A DNA stretch of 64,000 nucleotides from Octopus sinensis (taxonomy: Eukaryota), in assembly GCF_006345805.1 (NCBI RefSeq), contig NC_042998.1, positions 45,818,001 to 45,882,000 of the forward strand, given 5' to 3'. Made by a program: the position numbers and the translations under genes. Positions 61,144 to 64,000 of this stretch are shown in pieces. The notes under the pieces are model-generated. The model worked only from the letters and a program-made list of their open reading frames with translations, was not told where the DNA came from and searched no databases. How positions within the stretch are numbered: position 1 is the first letter of the stretch; each line of letters begins with the position of its first letter.

Positions 61144-61650
61144 CACACACACACATTCATTGCCTTTCATTTGTGCGTATGTATATCTGTGTGTGTGCGC
61201 GAGTGTATATTGGTGTGTGTGTGTTGTGTGTGTGTGTGTGTGTGTGCGAGTCACTGTTGAAGTTGTGTTTGGAAAATGTGATTAAGGTGCAAGTTTCGAT
61301 TACATGTCAGTAACTTTTTGTTTTGTTTTTTGTTTTTTCTCCTCGTCTTCTAATAGTAATTACCTAACTTTCTAGGGTCTTCTCACAGCTATCCTACGTT
61401 CAAAAATTATTTGGGTATTTAAAAAAAAAACTTTCATTCAATAAACAATGTTTTTATTTTACATATGCATTAATAGCAAATTAAAACTTAAAAGACAAAG
61501 TGAGGAACTTTGCAAATGAAAATAGAATGCTCCGCAGTGAATGCAATGAATATTTAAGTTTGTGATGAATTGAACGCAGTGAATATTTAAATTTGCGAGA
61601 AGTTGGAGTTAAAAAAAAAATTCAATAAACTTGAGAAATCGAAATTATAG

Positions 61651-62054
61651 GAAATTTCGGATCTTTTCGGTTTGAACGGCAGTTTTCTCTAGCGGTGTCA
61701 TATGAAATTGTCACCCATAATTATGACCCTAGTATCGATCTATTGCATTTCAATCTGTTTTAGGGTTAGGGGGTGGGGGGAAGGGTAGCTTTTTATCTTC
61801 ATAAATGTAAATAAACCCAATCTGTTTCTTAAACGAGGGACATATTCATACGCACAGAATGTTTTTTTACCTCAATGGATGTATTTGATTGGTTGAAATT
61901 GCAGAAATTGAAGAAAAACAAACAACAAATATCTTACAAACCATAGAATTTTCTCAATAAAGCCAAGAGAAAAAGATGTTTTATAAGCACATTCTACCAG
62001 TATGTTTAAATTATGTTAAAATCTGCCGTTCAAACCGAAAAGATCCGAAATTTC
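61651..62054. mobile_element. MITE with 32-bp TIRs
   Basis: GAAATTTCGGATCTTTTCGGTTTGAACGGCAG at the left end and its exact reverse complement at the right end. Confidence 0.8.
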
Positions 62055-62191
62055 TTAAAACATGAATTTATGAAAATATTTCCAGATGGTCAACAAAGCT
62101 TTAATAATTGCTTCCTTTTTGTACTTTTAGCAACTGTTACATACCTAATTAATAAACAGCTTTTTCCATTATAGTGTAGATAGAAAACACG

Positions 62192-62228
<37 letters not shown>

Positions 62229-62269
62229 CACACACACACATGTATATATATATATATATATATATATAT

Positions 62270-62578
62270 CACCGTGATCACTGTGACCGACCAGGCAATC
62301 AGATGTTGTTACACATCGCTGGTCACAATGCGCTTCGCATTGTTTTAGCCTTCAAATGACGCCACCCCGCTGGCTAAGCGAGCAGGCCAACAGAAGAAGA
62401 GTAAGAGAAAGTTGTGGCGAAAGAGTACAGCAGGGATCGCCACCACCCCCTGCCGGAGCCTCGTGGAGCTTTAGGTGCTTTCGCTCAATAAACACTCACA
62501 ACGCCCGGTCTGGGAATCGAAATCGCGATCCTACGACCGCGAGTCCGCTGCCCTAACTACTGGGCCGTTGCGCCTTCA
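62270..62578 (-). mobile_element. tRNA-derived SINE family D (tails also at 4533-4652 and 17175-17285, + strand)
   Basis: Minus-strand head GGCCCAGTAGTTAGGGCAGCGGACTCGCGG..TTCGATTCCC; tail GCATTGTGACCAGCGATGTGTA..GTGATCACG shared by three loci. Confidence 0.85.
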
Positions 62579-62579
62579 C

Positions 62580-62630
62580 ACACACACACACACACACCAC
62601 ACAACACATATAATATGTATGTGATATATA

Positions 62631-62677
<47 letters not shown>

Positions 62678-62687
62678 GTATGTAATG

Positions 62688-62719
<32 letters not shown>

Positions 62720-64000
62720 ATGTATGTATGTATATCCCACACGCACACACCCACCCACCTATCTCCCACACCCACCCACCCACCTACCTCTCCACACGCC
62801 TGTTCACACACACACATACGTAGACCCATCTACGTACATACATTCACACATTTAATCACACACACTTACAGACATACAACACACACTAACATACAAACAC
62901 ATGCACATACACACACACATACATACATCCGCACACACATACATACTTACACACACACACACACACACAGACATACATACACACATACACACACACATAC
63001 ATACGCACATACATACACACACCACTCACACACATACCGCACGTACATACTTCACACACACACATGCAACATACATGTAGGCACATACATACATACATAC
63101 CTACACATGCACACCCTTACACTGAATGCACACACACATACACCTTTTTGCATCAAGGCAGCCCCCCCTCTTTTCTGCTTTCCGGTTTTGGCTGATGGAT
63201 CCTCGTTCCCGCGTAGCGGGGCGTTCGAGGGCCTTTGCGCTCGCGCGCCTTGGCGCGCGCTGGGGGCTTGGTCGGCCCCTTGGGCTTGCGTTTGTAACTG
63301 CTTGTGCGTTGTGTGCGTGGGCGCGCTTCGTGTGTGTGGGCTTGCTTCGGATGTGCGCGTGCGTATGTATGCATACATACCCACACACTCGCATGCATCC
63401 CTACCCACATACATACACGCACACCTACTCACACACCAACATACACACACATACCTGCACACCACACACACACATACATACATACACCTACATACCTACT
63501 TCAGACATACACACACACAGACATACACCCATACACTCACACTCACACGCATACACACACACACATACACACGCACACGTACACATACACACACACACAC
63601 ACACCTACATACATACATTACACTTGTATACACACACACTTACATTCATACACACACACACCTACACAGCCCTACCCTCACTCAGACACACACATCTACC
63701 TACACACACACACAAACACACACGGACACACACCCATACTACATACATCTACACACACACGCCTACACACATACATACACACATACATAAACACACACAC
63801 ATACACATATACACACATACGCACACACACATATACTTATACACATGCACACACCACACATACATACATACACCCATATCATACACACACACACATACCC
63901 ACATACTCCTATACGCACATACATACACACAGACATACACACATACACACTCACACAAAACATCACACACACATACTTACACACACACTCACCTGCACGC
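62580..64000. repeat. Highly degenerate (CA)/(TACA) low-complexity tract, possibly low-quality sequence
   Basis: Irregular repeat phase throughout. Confidence 0.85.

Noticed and set aside
61760-61772. TTAGGGTTAGGG telomeric repeat
   Set aside because: Only two units, internal to a MITE.
63150-63365. GC-rich island within the terminal CA tract
   Set aside because: It resembles a garbled family B SINE (GCTTGGTCGGCCC) in a region of irregular repeats and is most likely low-quality sequence.

Overview
AT-rich, repeat-dense animal genomic DNA. The SINE and microsatellite landscape points to an octopus (coleoid cephalopod); this is inference. One host gene is supported: a hydroxylysine kinase (HYKK/AGPHD1-like, APH/choline-kinase fold) on the + strand. 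It has five coding exons (34238-34478, 38666-38773, 40124-40272, 41437-41614, 43131-43648) with GT-AG introns and consistent phases, giving 1194 nt and 397 aa. The rest is mobile DNA: about 35 tRNA-derived SINE copies or fragments of four families; decayed non-LTR elements (R4/Dong-like, Tx1/L1-like, CR1-like, RTE, CRE-like); a Penelope-like RT; pogo and mariner remnants; non-autonomous Helitrons; long-TIR fold-back elements; and very large microsatellites. The most interesting signal is a set of hammerhead ribozyme (HHR) motifs in several unrelated small elements. These include a complete type I HHR (20895-20963) inside a ~476-nt, 1.4-copy head-to-tail unit embedded in (TA)n (retrozyme-like); a complete sense-strand HHR in the last HYKK intron (42743-42791); minimal Penelope-type HHRs (57996-58042, 44959-44993); and decayed ones. 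Other oddities are perfect palindromes anchored at (TA)n arrays, a pogo-end/Penelope-head junction present three times, a Tx1/R4 chimera, a SINE sharing its 3' tail with the Tx1-like LINE, and a 1262-bp direct duplication carrying structured 51-bp repeats and CCAAT/E2F-like motifs. Repeat boundaries were read by eye and are approximate unless stated. No ribozyme activity or database search could be tested.
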